Positions 10,120 to 21,450 are shown, counted from the stretch's first letter. The stretch: DNA of 64,000 nucleotides from a virus (IMGVR_UViG_2600255062_000003:32001-96000), one strand, 5' to 3'. Notes: a model not told the origin generated them from the letters alone. Numbers and translations are program-made.

Positions 10120-11652
10120 TCATTCTTCTTTGTTAAGTGCCTTTTTCAAATCCTTAACTTGTTTTTCTGTTTTAAGCTTCTTACTTTCTTTTTTGAGCTG
10201 CTTTAATTCCTTTTCGTTTTCAGAAGGAACAAGATAGCCTCTCTCAATCCATATATTTTTACCTTTATCAACTTCAAAACATAAAATATCTTTATCTTTG
10301 CCACCACGGTTTTTATCAATAACAACCATATAATAGTTTGTATGTATATCTAATTGAGCTGTAGATTCTCCAACAAACGGGTCATTAGGATTGAATATAA
10401 CAAACTTATCGTATTGATCTCTAGGTATTGGTTTAGCCATCATTAGTGCATCGGCTACGTGCTTAATATGTTTACCGTTAGCAATGGCTTGGCTTGTCAA
10501 CATATCATTAAACAAACTATCATCCGTCAATTGGAATGTAGACCATACTGGGATATCCTCTGTGCTTGCAACTTCCTTCAACATATCGGCAGTCCTAACA
10601 AATGTCATCCAATCATGATCGGGCGCTTTCATTGTGTCATATATAATTAACTGACAATTTCTTAATTTGTGCCTTTTAATTTGTCGCTTAAGTGTATTTT
10701 CGTCATACTTGTTGAGTTCTAAAAAATAAATCTTACTGTTCTCTTTTATGTATCGAGCTGCTTCTTTAACAATCTCTTCTTCGTCCTCAGTCAAAGTTCC
10801 AGTTACAATTTTCGTTTCATCAATTCCGTCTATACCTTTTCTTTTCATTTGAATATCGAATCCAAATTCGGGATTGTTTAGGACGCTACTGATCTGCATA
10901 CCCAACCATTCATTTTCATCCTGTTCATTCACAAGTACCAGCACAGGGATTTTCAGCTTAATTCCAAGATAACATGCTATTTTACTTGTAGTACGACTTT
11001 TGCCACATCCACTATGCATCCCAAAAAGATTGAATTTCTTACCCCTAAGTCCACGCAATAGAGAATTGATTATCTCAAATGGAATTGGTATTCCTACGTC
11101 TGGAGTTAACTTCCATTCTTCAATCTTTTCAGGCATGTTATGTCCTAAAATAACACTGTCTTCTACTCCACCAATCACTGTACCAATAGTATTGATCTGG
11201 TACTCCATTCCTTTTATGATATCTTCGGTTCCAATCTTATCGAAATCTTTTCTATCCATTAATTTTTGAACCGGGAAACCTTTTCGTTCAAATTCTCTAA
11301 GCAGAGAAAACTTTTTAAGCTTCTCATAATAGCCGGGGAAATCATCTAAATCAACTATTCTTGTAATTCTATCTATGTATGAGTAGCCCTTCAGATAATC
11401 ATACTTCTTTTTTCGTTCATCATTCGAATTCATATATATGTTTATTTTTACTTCATTTATTTCTGTTCCTGCATGTTGACTATATAAATCAAGTAATGAA
11501 TCGTACATAAACCTAGCCGATGGCTGATTAAAATCATATTTAGATTTAATCACTTCGCTATAATCTAAAAGTAAATCAGGATTTAAATAAAAGCTTCCCA
11601 CCACTAACGTTTCAGTTGAAATGTCTTCGATTGTAGATGTTACGTCAGAAAT
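10120..11652 (-). CDS. replicative DnaB-like helicase; probable ATT start at 11652
   Basis: Walker A GMHSGCGKS, IIYD, Q-L, IDKNRGG; GGAGG 8 nt before ATT. Confidence 0.88.
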   Translation of the reverse strand: MSDVTSTIEDISTETLVVGSFYLNPDLLLDYSEVIKSKYDFNQPSARFMYDSLLDLYSQHAGTEINEVKINIYMNSNDERKKKYDYLKGYSYIDRITRIVDLDDFPGYYEKLKKFSLLREFERKGFPVQKLMDRKDFDKIGTEDIIKGMEYQINTIGTVIGGVEDSVILGHNMPEKIEEWKLTPDVGIPIPFEIINSLLRGLRGKKFNLFGMHSGCGKSRTTSKIACYLGIKLKIPVLVLVNEQDENEWLGMQISSVLNNPEFGFDIQMKRKGIDGIDETKIVTGTLTEDEEEIVKEAARYIKENSKIYFLELNKYDENTLKRQIKRHKLRNCQLIIYDTMKAPDHDWMTFVRTADMLKEVASTEDIPVWSTFQLTDDSLFNDMLTSQAIANGKHIKHVADALMMAKPIPRDQYDKFVIFNPNDPFVGESTAQLDIHTNYYMVVIDKNRGGKDKDILCFEVDKGKNIWIERGYLVPSENEKELKQLKKESKKLKTEKQVKDLKKALNKEE

Positions 11653-11665
11653 GTTATCGCCCTCC

Positions 11666-12271
11666 TCAGTCAAACAGTGTTGTAACGTCAATCTGGTCAG
11701 ACTCATCATTTGATGCTACTTTGTTAATTTGGATCTGGTTAATCCTCTCACGGACATTACTCATTGATTCTACATGTTTACTTAATGCCTCAGACTCCAC
11801 TTGATTTCGCTTAGTTTGTCTATTCGCTCTAATGGAGTTCTCAATATTGTTTTTTACTATTGCAAAACAATATTTCAACTCAGCCATTATAGTTTTGAAT
11901 TCTTTATTGCCTCTGGCCCATTCTATTTTCTCAGAGCAGTAATCATATGTATCTCCAATAACTTTATACGTTACTCCTTGCTTATACTTCCTATCTAACT
12001 TACCAAACAACACAGAATCATTTCTCAAATCTTGAATGAACGGATAAAAAGATTTAGGCATAGATTGTCTGCTTTGCAGTTTATGTATCTTAACTATTGT
12101 GTCTGTCAGTGAATCTAATTCCTCTTGTTCTTTTTGTTTAAATACTTTTTCTCGCTTCCATTTCTCATGACAGTATTCCTTATGATAATGCCGCTTATCT
12201 GTTTCTCTAACCATATCTGCTTTATGACCATATTGCCCACATACAGGACATTTCAATAATCGTTCAGCCAA
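11666..12271 (-). CDS. replication-associated protein (SPbeta YorH-like position), N-terminal Zn motif
   Basis: CPVCG...H...C; directly upstream of helicase. Confidence 0.65.
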   Translation of the reverse strand: MAERLLKCPVCGQYGHKADMVRETDKRHYHKEYCHEKWKREKVFKQKEQEELDSLTDTIVKIHKLQSRQSMPKSFYPFIQDLRNDSVLFGKLDRKYKQGVTYKVIGDTYDYCSEKIEWARGNKEFKTIMAELKYCFAIVKNNIENSIRANRQTKRNQVESEALSKHVESMSNVRERINQIQINKVASNDESDQIDVTTLFD

Positions 12272-12285
12272 CTAATCACCTCCTT

Positions 12286-13122
12286 TTAAATTACGAATTT
12301 ATCGAACACTGGCAGTCTCAACATATTGTTTTTGGTATACCCCCTATGTTTAACAATACATTTAATAGCAGGCTGAAGATATACCGTATCACGAGTCTCT
12401 TTGGTCTTGAGTTGTTGAAAAACCTTATAACCTGCCTGTCTCTCTGCTTTTCCTACTCCCAGCTCCATTACCCCTAAGACACGCTCTCCATCTGATAGCA
12501 GCCATCCAAAATCTTCTTTTCTATAGCCAACAATAAAGAATTCTTCAATTTCATAAGCAATTATTTTTCTCCATGAGGAAGACCTTTTACCTATTTCATA
12601 TTTAGAGTCAATCAATTTTTGAACGGTTCCTTCTAATCCTTGCTGTTTAACCAAATCAAAATACTCTATACCTTTACCAACAAGAAACTTGGATTTTGTA
12701 TAGTAAGTATTTTCAATGAATGATTCATCAAGTAACTCCTTACGTTCGAGCAAAGACAGCTTAGTTATATCTTTCTTTTTATATTTAATGATATCAAACG
12801 CACATGCAGTAACTTTATGTTTACTTTTAATTGATTTAAATCTCTCCATAACTGCCGCAAAATTGGGCTTACCATCGATATCAGAAACGATCAGTTCACA
12901 ATCAATCACACTACCAACAGGAATAGATAACGAATCAATCAATTCAGGGAAGTTTGCCGTTATTTCGTTATTGTGTCGTGTATACAATCTAGGTCGATCA
13001 ATATTACTAACAATCAATCTTATTCCATCTAACTTTAATTCTGTTATAAAATTATCATCGTTAAATGGTTTATTGTCCTTTGAGTACTCTAGAAGCATTG
13101 GAGATACAAACATATTCATCAC
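12286..13122 (-). CDS. ATP-dependent DNA ligase
   Basis: ELKLDGIR adenylation motif, AFDI, GLEG, LRLP. Confidence 0.92.
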   Translation of the reverse strand: MMNMFVSPMLLEYSKDNKPFNDDNFITELKLDGIRLIVSNIDRPRLYTRHNNEITANFPELIDSLSIPVGSVIDCELIVSDIDGKPNFAAVMERFKSIKSKHKVTACAFDIIKYKKKDITKLSLLERKELLDESFIENTYYTKSKFLVGKGIEYFDLVKQQGLEGTVQKLIDSKYEIGKRSSSWRKIIAYEIEEFFIVGYRKEDFGWLLSDGERVLGVMELGVGKAERQAGYKVFQQLKTKETRDTVYLQPAIKCIVKHRGYTKNNMLRLPVFDKFVI

Positions 13123-13194
13123 CCATTTAACAGTATATCAAATGAGTATATACTATTTCTGCGGTAAGTTATGTATATCAGTAAAATTGAACTT

Positions 13195-14373
13195 TTACTC
13201 AAAAGGATCTTTGTTGTCTATCCATGCCTCATATTCTTCTTTTGGTACTTCCCGTACTACAAAACACTTCTTAGCAAAAATTTTATGGTCATCTTTATGG
13301 CTAAAGTCTTCATAAGGAATAATGACTTCAATTAAAACACCTTGATACGCATAATTAGACTCATCTATCTCTGAACGCTCATTGAAATACAGATATTTAT
13401 TTTCTGGAGTTGCCATTTGAGCAATTTTATATTCAAATTTCTTGTCCCAGTGACTAAAATAACGATCATCACGTTTATCAACAAACTTATAAAACTTACG
13501 AGATTCTATGTATTGTTTACCATCAAATTCTTCGACTTCTTCTAATTCTTTGCTGAACTTTTTGAGTGCTCCTTTTGCAGAAAGCTTGTATGTATAACCG
13601 TTAATTCTTGTGATTTTAGGCGTTTCCTTTTCAATTAGGTCTATAATATCATCTACGTTATTAAAGCTAATTTTTTCAGGTTTTTTGAAATAATCTTCGC
13701 TTAATGACAGATCAGCAATTTTATCAATCACTTTTGAGATACTAAATTCTTCTCCTTCATCCAAACTAATTAGCTTATCGTAGTTAATCCCGTACATTCC
13801 ACCTAAATGCTCTTTTAATTTCTCGATACTGTCAATTTCTAAGTCCATACAGCGTAAAGCGATTCGTAAGAATTCAGGTTTCGAAATGTAATATCCCTTA
13901 TCTTTATACTTTTGAACTCTCAACAACGATACAATTGGGAAGGCTGTATCTTTATTAAATCTAATCTGTCTCTGTGCATTATGCTTCAGGAAATCATTAT
14001 GTAGGATAAATTCTTCTGTTTTAAAATCAAATGCTCCCATGCAGATCGTAAAGTCAAAGCTATCAAATATCTGTTCAGCATTCTCAAAGTACTTAAAATG
14101 AATCAATTGCACTTCTTTATCATCTACTTTTACCAGCAACGCCTTTTTAGTCAATGCATGAACCCAATCGCTACTGTCTTCATAAATCCTCTCAACTAGT
14201 TCAACTAATGATGCTTCACTACGAAAATACAAATCGATATCATTGATTGGATTCCCACTAAACAAACTTGTAACAGTTCCACCAGCAATGAACACTTCAT
14301 GTTCCTTCAGTGTTTTTACAAGATGGCTTCCCAAGATATCGTACAACTTATTCTTTTCAAAGATATGACTCAT
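13195..14373 (-). CDS. nucleotidyltransferase-superfamily protein
   Basis: IAGG...NDIDLYF and FDFTIC motifs. Confidence 0.7.
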   Translation of the reverse strand: MSHIFEKNKLYDILGSHLVKTLKEHEVFIAGGTVTSLFSGNPINDIDLYFRSEASLVELVERIYEDSSDWVHALTKKALLVKVDDKEVQLIHFKYFENAEQIFDSFDFTICMGAFDFKTEEFILHNDFLKHNAQRQIRFNKDTAFPIVSLLRVQKYKDKGYYISKPEFLRIALRCMDLEIDSIEKLKEHLGGMYGINYDKLISLDEGEEFSISKVIDKIADLSLSEDYFKKPEKISFNNVDDIIDLIEKETPKITRINGYTYKLSAKGALKKFSKELEEVEEFDGKQYIESRKFYKFVDKRDDRYFSHWDKKFEYKIAQMATPENKYLYFNERSEIDESNYAYQGVLIEVIIPYEDFSHKDDHKIFAKKCFVVREVPKEEYEAWIDNKDPFE

Positions 14374-14444
14374 TCAATCTCTCCTCTATGTATTATTTCG
14401 TCCTCTAACACATAATATCATATATTATTATATTTGTATATATA

Positions 14445-14756
14445 CTATTTGAATGCCACATCTACATTTAAAGCTACTGCTAGTTTTATCAAGAAATCAA
14501 AACTTGGTACATAACTACTATCTTCCATCTCAGCAATTTCACCAGCATTCACTTTCGCAAGATCAGCCAAATCGTTAATCTCAATCTCTTCGTTTTTGCG
14601 CTTGTCTGCGATTACATTTGTCAGCTTTGCTTTTAATGTTATCTCTTTTTTCTCGTTTTTCGACTTGTAGTTTAACTTGCTCTTCAAATCTGTCCACGTT
14701 TTAAACTGTTCCATATGTATTTCCTCCTTATCGTACAACCCTTTTAATATAATCAT
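14445..14756 (-). CDS. XRE-like HTH protein (start probably MEQF)
   Basis: DLADLAKV...IAEME...PSFDFLIKLAVAL. Confidence 0.7.
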   Translation of the reverse strand: MIILKGLYDKEEIHMEQFKTWTDLKSKLNYKSKNEKKEITLKAKLTNVIADKRKNEEIEINDLADLAKVNAGEIAEMEDSSYVPSFDFLIKLAVALNVDVAFK

Positions 14757-14925
14757 GATAACTACCCAATTCTTTTAACCTTTCTCTTGCTGCATCTTCA
14801 GTTAAACGAACACTGTCAATTTCGCTTATCAAATATGACTTGGTTTCATAATCGAAAGAATCCTTTTTTACAACAATAAATACATCCAGAAGATCACCTC
14901 CCTATTTTAATCAAATCAACCTTTA

Positions 14926-15177
14926 CTATTCTTGTTCTTTTAGTTCTTCTTCATTTATTACTTTTTGTTGCTTCTGATTACTTTGCTTAGATTTCGCTTT
15001 AATCCATTCAAAAAACTGTCGTGACTGCCCCACAGTGCAACACTCTAAAAACTGTTCTGGAGTTATTGCCAACGTTTCATTTAAATACTCTTCTAGCTCA
15101 TCGATAGAGGCATAAAAATAAAATTCACTGTATTGATTACTGGTAAGCAGTTTAATCTTATACTCTTGTTCGCTCAT
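14926..15177 (-). CDS. hypothetical protein
   Basis: RBS AGGAG. Confidence 0.65.
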   Translation of the reverse strand: MSEQEYKIKLLTSNQYSEFYFYASIDELEEYLNETLAITPEQFLECCTVGQSRQFFEWIKAKSKQSNQKQQKVINEEELKEQE

Positions 15178-15252
15178 TGATGTAGTCTCCTTGTTGTCAT
15201 ATAAAATTGCATTAGTTCATTTAGTCTGTATCTAAGTAAACTTTTATTCAAA

Positions 15253-15522
15253 TTAGCTCATTACCTTTAATTCTTTATGGATTTCTCGAAGCTCTTTGAT
15301 CGCAGATTTAATCTTTCGTTTATCTACTTTTTCATGATAGTATTCAATATCATCTATTAGGTGCTCTTTGAGTTGCTCATCAGTCATTTCAAACAACTCT
15401 AATCCACTCCACTCGTCCGACCAAATTGAACCAAGACACTGACGATTTTCAAATGTCGAAGAGGTGTCGCCATTAATATCGTAGTAAAGTTCCCAATACT
15501 TGTACTTTTTATTGATTTTCAT
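15253..15522 (-). CDS. hypothetical protein
   Basis: RBS GGAGG. Confidence 0.65.
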   Translation of the reverse strand: MKINKKYKYWELYYDINGDTSSTFENRQCLGSIWSDEWSGLELFEMTDEQLKEHLIDDIEYYHEKVDKRKIKSAIKELREIHKELKVMS

Positions 15523-15554
15523 TTTCCTGCCTCCATTATGGTAAAAGAAAGATT

Positions 15555-15806
15555 TTACTTTGATTCATCATACAACAGAATACCTTCAGTGAGCTTCCCC
15601 ACTGTTGTACTCAGTACACCAGCCATTTGTATTAAACGATCAATACTCACTTTAATCTCTGCATTCTCGTATCTATGAACTGTCTTCTTTGTAACTCCCA
15701 ATTCATCCGCTAGAGATTGTAAAGTGTGGTTCTTACTCTTTCTAGCCTTTTCAATATTCCTTCCAACTATCGTATAGAATCGCTCAGAATCAAAGTCGTG
15801 TGTCAC
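15555..15806 (-). CDS. XRE family HTH transcriptional regulator
   Basis: ARKSK.HTLQSLADELGVTKKTVHRYE. Confidence 0.88.
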   Translation of the reverse strand: MTHDFDSERFYTIVGRNIEKARKSKNHTLQSLADELGVTKKTVHRYENAEIKVSIDRLIQMAGVLSTTVGKLTEGILLYDESK

Positions 15807-15852
15807 CTGTATCCTTCTTTCTATATTCTAATGAAAGGAAAATTTGATCGTA

Positions 15853-16161
15853 TTATAAATTCCGATCATATGCTCCTACTACAGTCAACCCAGTAATTTC
15901 TACTAAATTATACTGATAAAAATCCCTTTTTTCATCAACCATATCATTAATAGAGTTAGCTGCTTCTTGAAGTAAATCATCAATTGTGATTTTTTCTTCT
16001 GAAGTAATGATTAGGTCACGAGTAATGTCTTCTTCTTCATCGCTGTTTTCAACATGAATATTTATTATTACCTCGTAATAATACCGTGTTTGGATAAAAC
16101 TCTTTGTTGCCTTTTTATATTTCATAACAGCCAACCTCTTTCTTTTAAGTAAGATGTACAT
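15853..16161 (-). CDS. acidic hypothetical protein
   Basis: ORF coupled to the ParB-like gene. Confidence 0.6.
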   Translation of the reverse strand: MYILLKRKRLAVMKYKKATKSFIQTRYYYEVIINIHVENSDEEEDITRDLIITSEEKITIDDLLQEAANSINDMVDEKRDFYQYNLVEITGLTVVGAYDRNL

Positions 16162-16681
16162 CTCCAGTATTCTTGATTCGAAGATATACCTCTCTTTTGT
16201 ATTCTTCTAGCTTTTCCTCAATCCTTCCCACTTTAATTCCAATTTCAGTTCGTTTAGTAATATCTTTATATTTCCTCATTCTTTTGTATAACTTACTTAC
16301 TTGCGATTTTCGTGCTTGTATTATGATGTTTTCCTTAAAGTTCATTTTTCTTTTGTCTATGTAAGCTGTAATATGAGCTTTAATTTCTGTTATGTTAAGC
16401 TCGTTACAAATTATAGCTCTATGATTCCCCCCGTAATAAACAATAAATTTATCCTCTTGTGGAATAAGGATTAACCCTATACCTCTTGGTTCAATATCTC
16501 TCCATCCTTCATTTTTGATTTTTTGTCTTAAGTATTTCAAATCCTCGTCCTCTAATTTACGTGACAACCCAATAATCTTGGCTGGATTAACAGTTAGAAC
16601 TCCCAATTCAACTGAAATGTAATTGCCACTGTCTTGTATTTGATCAATTACTTTTTCTGAATCAAGCCATTGCCTCACCAA
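16145..16681 (-). CDS. ParB/Sulfiredoxin-like domain protein
   Basis: GGNHRA motif after a hydrophobic strand. Confidence 0.55.
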   Translation of the reverse strand: MVRQWLDSEKVIDQIQDSGNYISVELGVLTVNPAKIIGLSRKLEDEDLKYLRQKIKNEGWRDIEPRGIGLILIPQEDKFIVYYGGNHRAIICNELNITEIKAHITAYIDKRKMNFKENIIIQARKSQVSKLYKRMRKYKDITKRTEIGIKVGRIEEKLEEYKREVYLRIKNTGDVHLT

Positions 16682-17219
16682 ATCTTCACCTCATTAATTA
16701 AATACGATAAAATGTACGATTTATCCAAACTCTTTTATTATATCAGTGACTTCCTCATCTTCTTTTCCTTCATCCCACACCAACTCTTGCTTGACTCCAA
16801 ACTCTTTCAAAACCGATTCGTAAAAATCTTTTGATATCTGGGTCTTTCCTGACGTGTATCCTTCATCAAAACACATATAGTAGTTTGAGTTATTTTTAAA
16901 ATATGTAATGTTCATACCATAATATGTAGGCAATTGAAAACCAATCATTATGAACCTCCTATGAAATATTTGTTTTACCTACTGCTTTCATCCTCATAGA
17001 CACACTTAGACATCCAAGCATCGAATTTTTCTTTCAAATGTCTGTACTCTTCAACCAATTTGTCAGAAACTTCTTTGTTAGGATTCTGATTGACAATGGT
17101 GTATTCAATAATTCTTCTTTCCGATTCACGTAGTCTAGATTCCATATCTTTTAGTTGACTGTATAAATTACCAAGCCCATGTTTAATCAAGTTGCCACTC
17201 TCCTCACTTTTGCTTTTAA

Positions 17220-17912
17220 TCAAATCTCAATCATATCTGTATACATCAATCTCTGTTTATTTGGTAGCTCAAAATCATGGTGAAAATGCCCAAAATACCA
17301 TTGTTTATAATCTACTTTTTTCTCTATATTATAAAAATAAGGATGCATTTCATCCAAATCCATGTGAATGCCACAACGTTGCGTAATGTACTCTAATGCT
17401 GGGGTTGAACACGTGTGAGTCAGTATGTAATCAACTTTCCAATCATGCTTTTTCAAATTCTTCAATCCTTCTTTGTATTCCTCTTCTGATGGCATTTCAC
17501 GTTTCCACCACGACTTACCTTCCTTACGATACTCTTTGTCATGTGACGCAGCTCCACCAAACGTAAAGAACTTCTTACCTTCAATATCAAACACCTGTCC
17601 GCGCATCAAATGAATTACGCTATTGTTAATCTTATGTACTTTCCCACCATTCCATTGGCTCACTGGATACTCCTCAAGCAAATCAAAGTTCTCATGATTG
17701 CCATCAATAAAGAGTGTTGTAAATGGTTTCGTCTTGTTTAACCACTTCAGCCAATACTGATCCTCTTTATCGCCATTCCACAGTAATCCAAAGTCTCCAA
17801 CAATAATAACATAGTCTTTCTTGGTCATTTCTTTTTGTTGTGGGAAATTTCTAGTATTAAGACGCTTATTTACACTTATTGTTCCATGAATGTCTCCAGT
17901 CACATAGATCAC
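17220..17912 (-). CDS. calcineurin-like metallophosphoesterase
   Basis: GDIHG, GDFG, DGNHEN, GHFH. Confidence 0.92.
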   Translation of the reverse strand: MIYVTGDIHGTISVNKRLNTRNFPQQKEMTKKDYVIIVGDFGLLWNGDKEDQYWLKWLNKTKPFTTLFIDGNHENFDLLEEYPVSQWNGGKVHKINNSVIHLMRGQVFDIEGKKFFTFGGAASHDKEYRKEGKSWWKREMPSEEEYKEGLKNLKKHDWKVDYILTHTCSTPALEYITQRCGIHMDLDEMHPYFYNIEKKVDYKQWYFGHFHHDFELPNKQRLMYTDMIEI

Positions 17913-18172
17913 TTATTGCGTTCATCCTTTCTTGTAAAAGTCATATTTTATTTAGTCCTCAGTATACCATTGTCCTTCCAAGATCAACGCACCATTCAAT
18001 GGTTGAAAATGTTCCCTCCAAGCCGTAACTATATCATAACTATAGACAGTTTCTCGGTAGATGCATTTAGCCTTTTTGTCAAGCAAATCCCATCTCTGTA
18101 GCGCCTCCATAAATTCGCAAGCCCGATATCCCTCAAACATCTCAATTCTCCTTTCTACTTAAAACTCACATT

Positions 18173-18508
18173 TTATTCTGTTTCGAAACTAACTAATTCG
18201 GTCGGTACCAATTTAATTAATCCTGTCGTTGTTTCACATAATGAATACCCATCTTCATAATTGTAGATAACCTCTACTCTAAGATATCTTTCAAAATCCT
18301 CATATTTTTTAGATAAAAACCCCGTCTTACCAATGTACTTGTTATCATCTAAATATTTACCAATTTTTAAATATTGTTCTCTATATTCCATGAATGAATC
18401 TAACAGTTCAGATGCCTTATCTGTACCAATTTCTTTTTCTAATTTAAAATATAGGTCATTTTCAAGATCACGATAATCCATGTGAATTTTAAACATGTCC
18501 TTGTTCAT
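18173..18508 (-). CDS. hypothetical protein
   Basis: RBS; bounded by sites 18160/18528. Confidence 0.7.
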   Translation of the reverse strand: MNKDMFKIHMDYRDLENDLYFKLEKEIGTDKASELLDSFMEYREQYLKIGKYLDDNKYIGKTGFLSKKYEDFERYLRVEVIYNYEDGYSLCETTTGLIKLVPTELVSFETE

Positions 18509-18892
18509 TGTAAGTTCTCTCTCCTCGTAAAAGTGTTATTTTACTCACTCTTCTCAGATATTAACTCTTTCAATCTGTTAATTTCATATCCACACGAAGT
18601 ATATTCTCGTACACACTTATATTTTTCTTCCAATTTCTCCTGTTTGGTAAATAAGCGCTTCATCTGTCGTTTGTACTCAATTATTTCTGGGGAATCCCAC
18701 TCCTTGGGTTCACATATCAATTCATATGAATTTTTCAACCAGTATTCACCACCAATAAAATTATCTTTTTACTCTAGCTATCATACCTTCCTCGATGCTT
18801 ATCATAACAATATTATACAACATTTTCCTATGTATTTCCCGATAACTTATACATATAATATTATTATATTTGTTTATATAAGTCAAGCTGAA

Positions 18893-19285
18893 TCAATCCA
18901 GCCTGACCAATTTACTCAAGTCAACATCCATGTAGGCTGCTATCCTTACTTCTACATCATTCCTGATTTTAGACCAAAGAAATCGCATAGTGTGAGTATA
19001 TCCACGACATAGATACTCAGTCACCAAATCTTTGTCTGACCTAACCCCATCAAACACCTTTATTCCACGCTGCCTCATTTTTTGACGGACAACTTTCAAA
19101 TCCGTCAACACTCTACTTTGCAAGCTCTCTAGATATAAAATAAACAATTCCTTCATTTTTAGGTCATACTTCTTGATCTTGTTTATGTTAAGCTCCAGCA
19201 CATCCAACACATAAGGTAGCTGTATAAAATCAATTACAAGCTGAGTGTCTTCATTAGATGTTATATAATTGCTCATGCTGTACAC
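18893..19285 (-). CDS. conserved Bacillales hypothetical protein, LexA box upstream
   Basis: RBS AGGAG; GAACGTTTGTTC at 19295. Confidence 0.7.
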   Translation of the reverse strand: MYSMSNYITSNEDTQLVIDFIQLPYVLDVLELNINKIKKYDLKMKELFILYLESLQSRVLTDLKVVRQKMRQRGIKVFDGVRSDKDLVTEYLCRGYTHTMRFLWSKIRNDVEVRIAAYMDVDLSKLVRLD

Positions 19286-19294
19286 ACACTCCTA

Positions 19295-19306
19295 GAACGT
19301 TTGTTC
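19295..19306. promoter_or_regulatory. LexA/DinR (SOS) box
   Basis: GAAC-GTTT-GTTC matches Firmicute GAAC-N4-GTTC. Confidence 0.75.
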
Positions 19307-19331
19307 TTATAGTGTACAACTAACTAAATAA

Positions 19332-19616
19332 CTATTCAATAGCATCGTATCTAAACATATTCCCATCTGCCTCAATAAGAACTCTTTGTCCAACATATTC
19401 GCCATCTATGTATAATTCAAATTCATTTCCCTTGTGTTCAACCAAGAGAGCATTTGAAGGGATATTTCCGTAGTTTCTCGTAAACTCCTCTCCAGTGGGC
19501 AACTCAAACCGAACAACAATTAGATTATTCATGTGATTTGTTTTAAGGTAAATTCGAAATACATTGTCTGTCTTGGGTGGAAACTGATACTGAACATTTG
19601 CTTTCTGTTTTGCCAT
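19332..19616 (-). CDS. hypothetical protein
   Basis: RBS AGGAG. Confidence 0.7.
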   Translation of the reverse strand: MAKQKANVQYQFPPKTDNVFRIYLKTNHMNNLIVVRFELPTGEEFTRNYGNIPSNALLVEHKGNEFELYIDGEYVGQRVLIEADGNMFRYDAIE

Positions 19617-19853
19617 TATGTATTCTCCTATCTTGGTAAAACGATGCTTTTATTTGCTTTTATCTTTTATGTACTCTTCTACTTCAATCATAAATAAATC
19701 AATTTTCACATTCAGCCCCACTCTCAGTTCTTACCCCCCAATTTGAAACCACAATATTCAAGGCACAAATCTAGAATGTAAGATGAAGAACTGTATTAAC
19801 ACCAAAGTAAATGGTAATGATGCTAATGAAAAAAACGAAAGCGAGGTGGAAAT

Positions 19854-20033
19854 ATGATAAAGGTAGAAAAAATGAGTGATAAAGAAATAAAGATTACATT
19901 GCCAGAAAATATGCATGTAGGAAAAGAACAACCTGATGTTACTGAGTTATATCATGCTTTAACTAATCAACTTGTGCCAGTGCCAAATCGTGCCGACGAT
20001 CATGATGTTTGCATCATTCAAGTAGGCCATTAG
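19854..20033 (+). CDS. putative RiPP precursor peptide, 59 aa (MIKVEKMSDKEIKITLPENMHVGKEQPDVTELYHALTNQLVPVPNRADDHDVCIIQVGH)
   Basis: Translated by hand; RBS GAGGTG; directly upstream of the rSAM gene. Confidence 0.75.
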   Translation: MIKVEKMSDKEIKITLPENMHVGKEQPDVTELYHALTNQLVPVPNRADDHDVCIIQVGH

Positions 20034-20044
20034 TCAATATTATC

Positions 20045-20092
20045 CCTTAATACCGACGTACCTTAATATTTGGTGTACGCTAGGTATTAAGG
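20045..20092 (+). other. stem-loop between precursor and maturase
   Basis: CCTTAATACC...GGTATTAAGG inverted repeat. Confidence 0.7.
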
Positions 20093-20112
20093 TTTTAAAA
20101 AGGAGCACTAAT

Positions 20113-21450
20113 ATGAAACTTAAACCATCTAATTATAACTTACTTATTAATGATAAAGATGAAGATTATTATCTGAATACCTATACAGGTTCGACGCTTA
20201 GATTAACTAAAAGAGCCTCAAAAGATTTATTATATATAATTAATAAAATCGAGAAATATGATGACATTGGATTGGAGTTCCAGTTAATTGTTGAACTATT
20301 ATTGGAGCATGGATTTGTTTTACCTTACGAATCTGATGAGTTAACTCTTGTTTTTAATACTTTTAATGAACGCCGCAAAAATAAATCTGCACTATCTCTC
20401 CTAATCACACCTACTTTGAAATGTAATATGAAATGTTTCTACTGTTATCAAGATCGTAATAATCAAAGTAACTTAAACAAACATGATATTTCTTCAATTG
20501 TTAGTTTTGCCGCTGAAAAACTAGAACAATCAAATCGACTTCGTGTTACTTGGTTCGGTGGAGAACCTCTATTCGATAAGGGCTTTTTGTTTGAATGTTC
20601 AAATGCTTTGATAGAATTAGCGAAAAACCGCTATATCGATTACAGTGCGACAATAGTCTCCAATGCTTACTTATTAGATACTGAAACATTACTTAATTTA
20701 GTCAAACATAAAGTTAAAAATATTCAAGTTACTCTAGATGGATCGCAAGTTTTTCATGATAAGGTTAGACGACATTTAAATGTTGCAACAAATAAAAGAG
20801 AAGCATCATTTGAGAAAATAATAAACAATATTAATCTGGCTTCCAATTATTTAGATATTACTGTAAGAGTTAATGTATCGATTATAAACATGACTAGTAT
20901 AGAAAATTTAATTAATGAACTTGCAAAAGCTAACCTACAAAGTAAAATCAAAAATATATATTTTCATCCTATTTACAATTATAACACTATAAATTCCAAT
21001 TCTAACTACAAACCTACAGAAGGTACACATCTTACAATTCAGCAGTTTGCTAAGTTAGAAGTTGAGTGGTTGCGCCAAGCCTATAATAAAGGGTTCAAAA
21101 TTAACTTTCCGCTCAAATCGGGCTGCTCTGCTCTTCAAGAAAACAGTTTTATAATTGAAAGCAACGGCGAAGTGAAAAAATGCAATAATGATATTGGAAA
21201 AAGTGGTACGGCTTTTACGACAATTTATACAACTGAATTAATTTCAAAATTCAATATTGATAATTGGAAAAATTATCACCCAGAAACAATAACTGAATGC
21301 AGAAACTGTATGTTTCTTCCTGTTTGCTTTTCCAACTGTCCACATAGAAATATGAATTCTGCTGAAAGAAAGCCAGATAAGTGTCCTTCCTTCAAATACA
21401 ACTGGCGAGAAGTACTTCCTTTTGTCTTAAATCAAATGTCAAAAGATTGA
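20113..21450 (+). CDS. radical SAM/SPASM peptide maturase
   Basis: CNMKCFYC, WFGGEPL, SPASM Cys pattern C...C...CRNCMFLPVCFSNCP...C; RRE-like N-terminus. Confidence 0.92.
   Translation: MKLKPSNYNLLINDKDEDYYLNTYTGSTLRLTKRASKDLLYIINKIEKYDDIGLEFQLIVELLLEHGFVLPYESDELTLVFNTFNERRKNKSALSLLITPTLKCNMKCFYCYQDRNNQSNLNKHDISSIVSFAAEKLEQSNRLRVTWFGGEPLFDKGFLFECSNALIELAKNRYIDYSATIVSNAYLLDTETLLNLVKHKVKNIQVTLDGSQVFHDKVRRHLNVATNKREASFEKIINNINLASNYLDITVRVNVSIINMTSIENLINELAKANLQSKIKNIYFHPIYNYNTINSNSNYKPTEGTHLTIQQFAKLEVEWLRQAYNKGFKINFPLKSGCSALQENSFIIESNGEVKKCNNDIGKSGTAFTTIYTTELISKFNIDNWKNYHPETITECRNCMFLPVCFSNCPHRNMNSAERKPDKCPSFKYNWREVLPFVLNQMSKD

Noticed and set aside
12716-13315. Plus-strand ORFs such as 12716-13315, 18482-19012, 35513-35938
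   Set aside because: Antisense shadows of well-supported minus-strand genes, lacking RBS and with biased composition.
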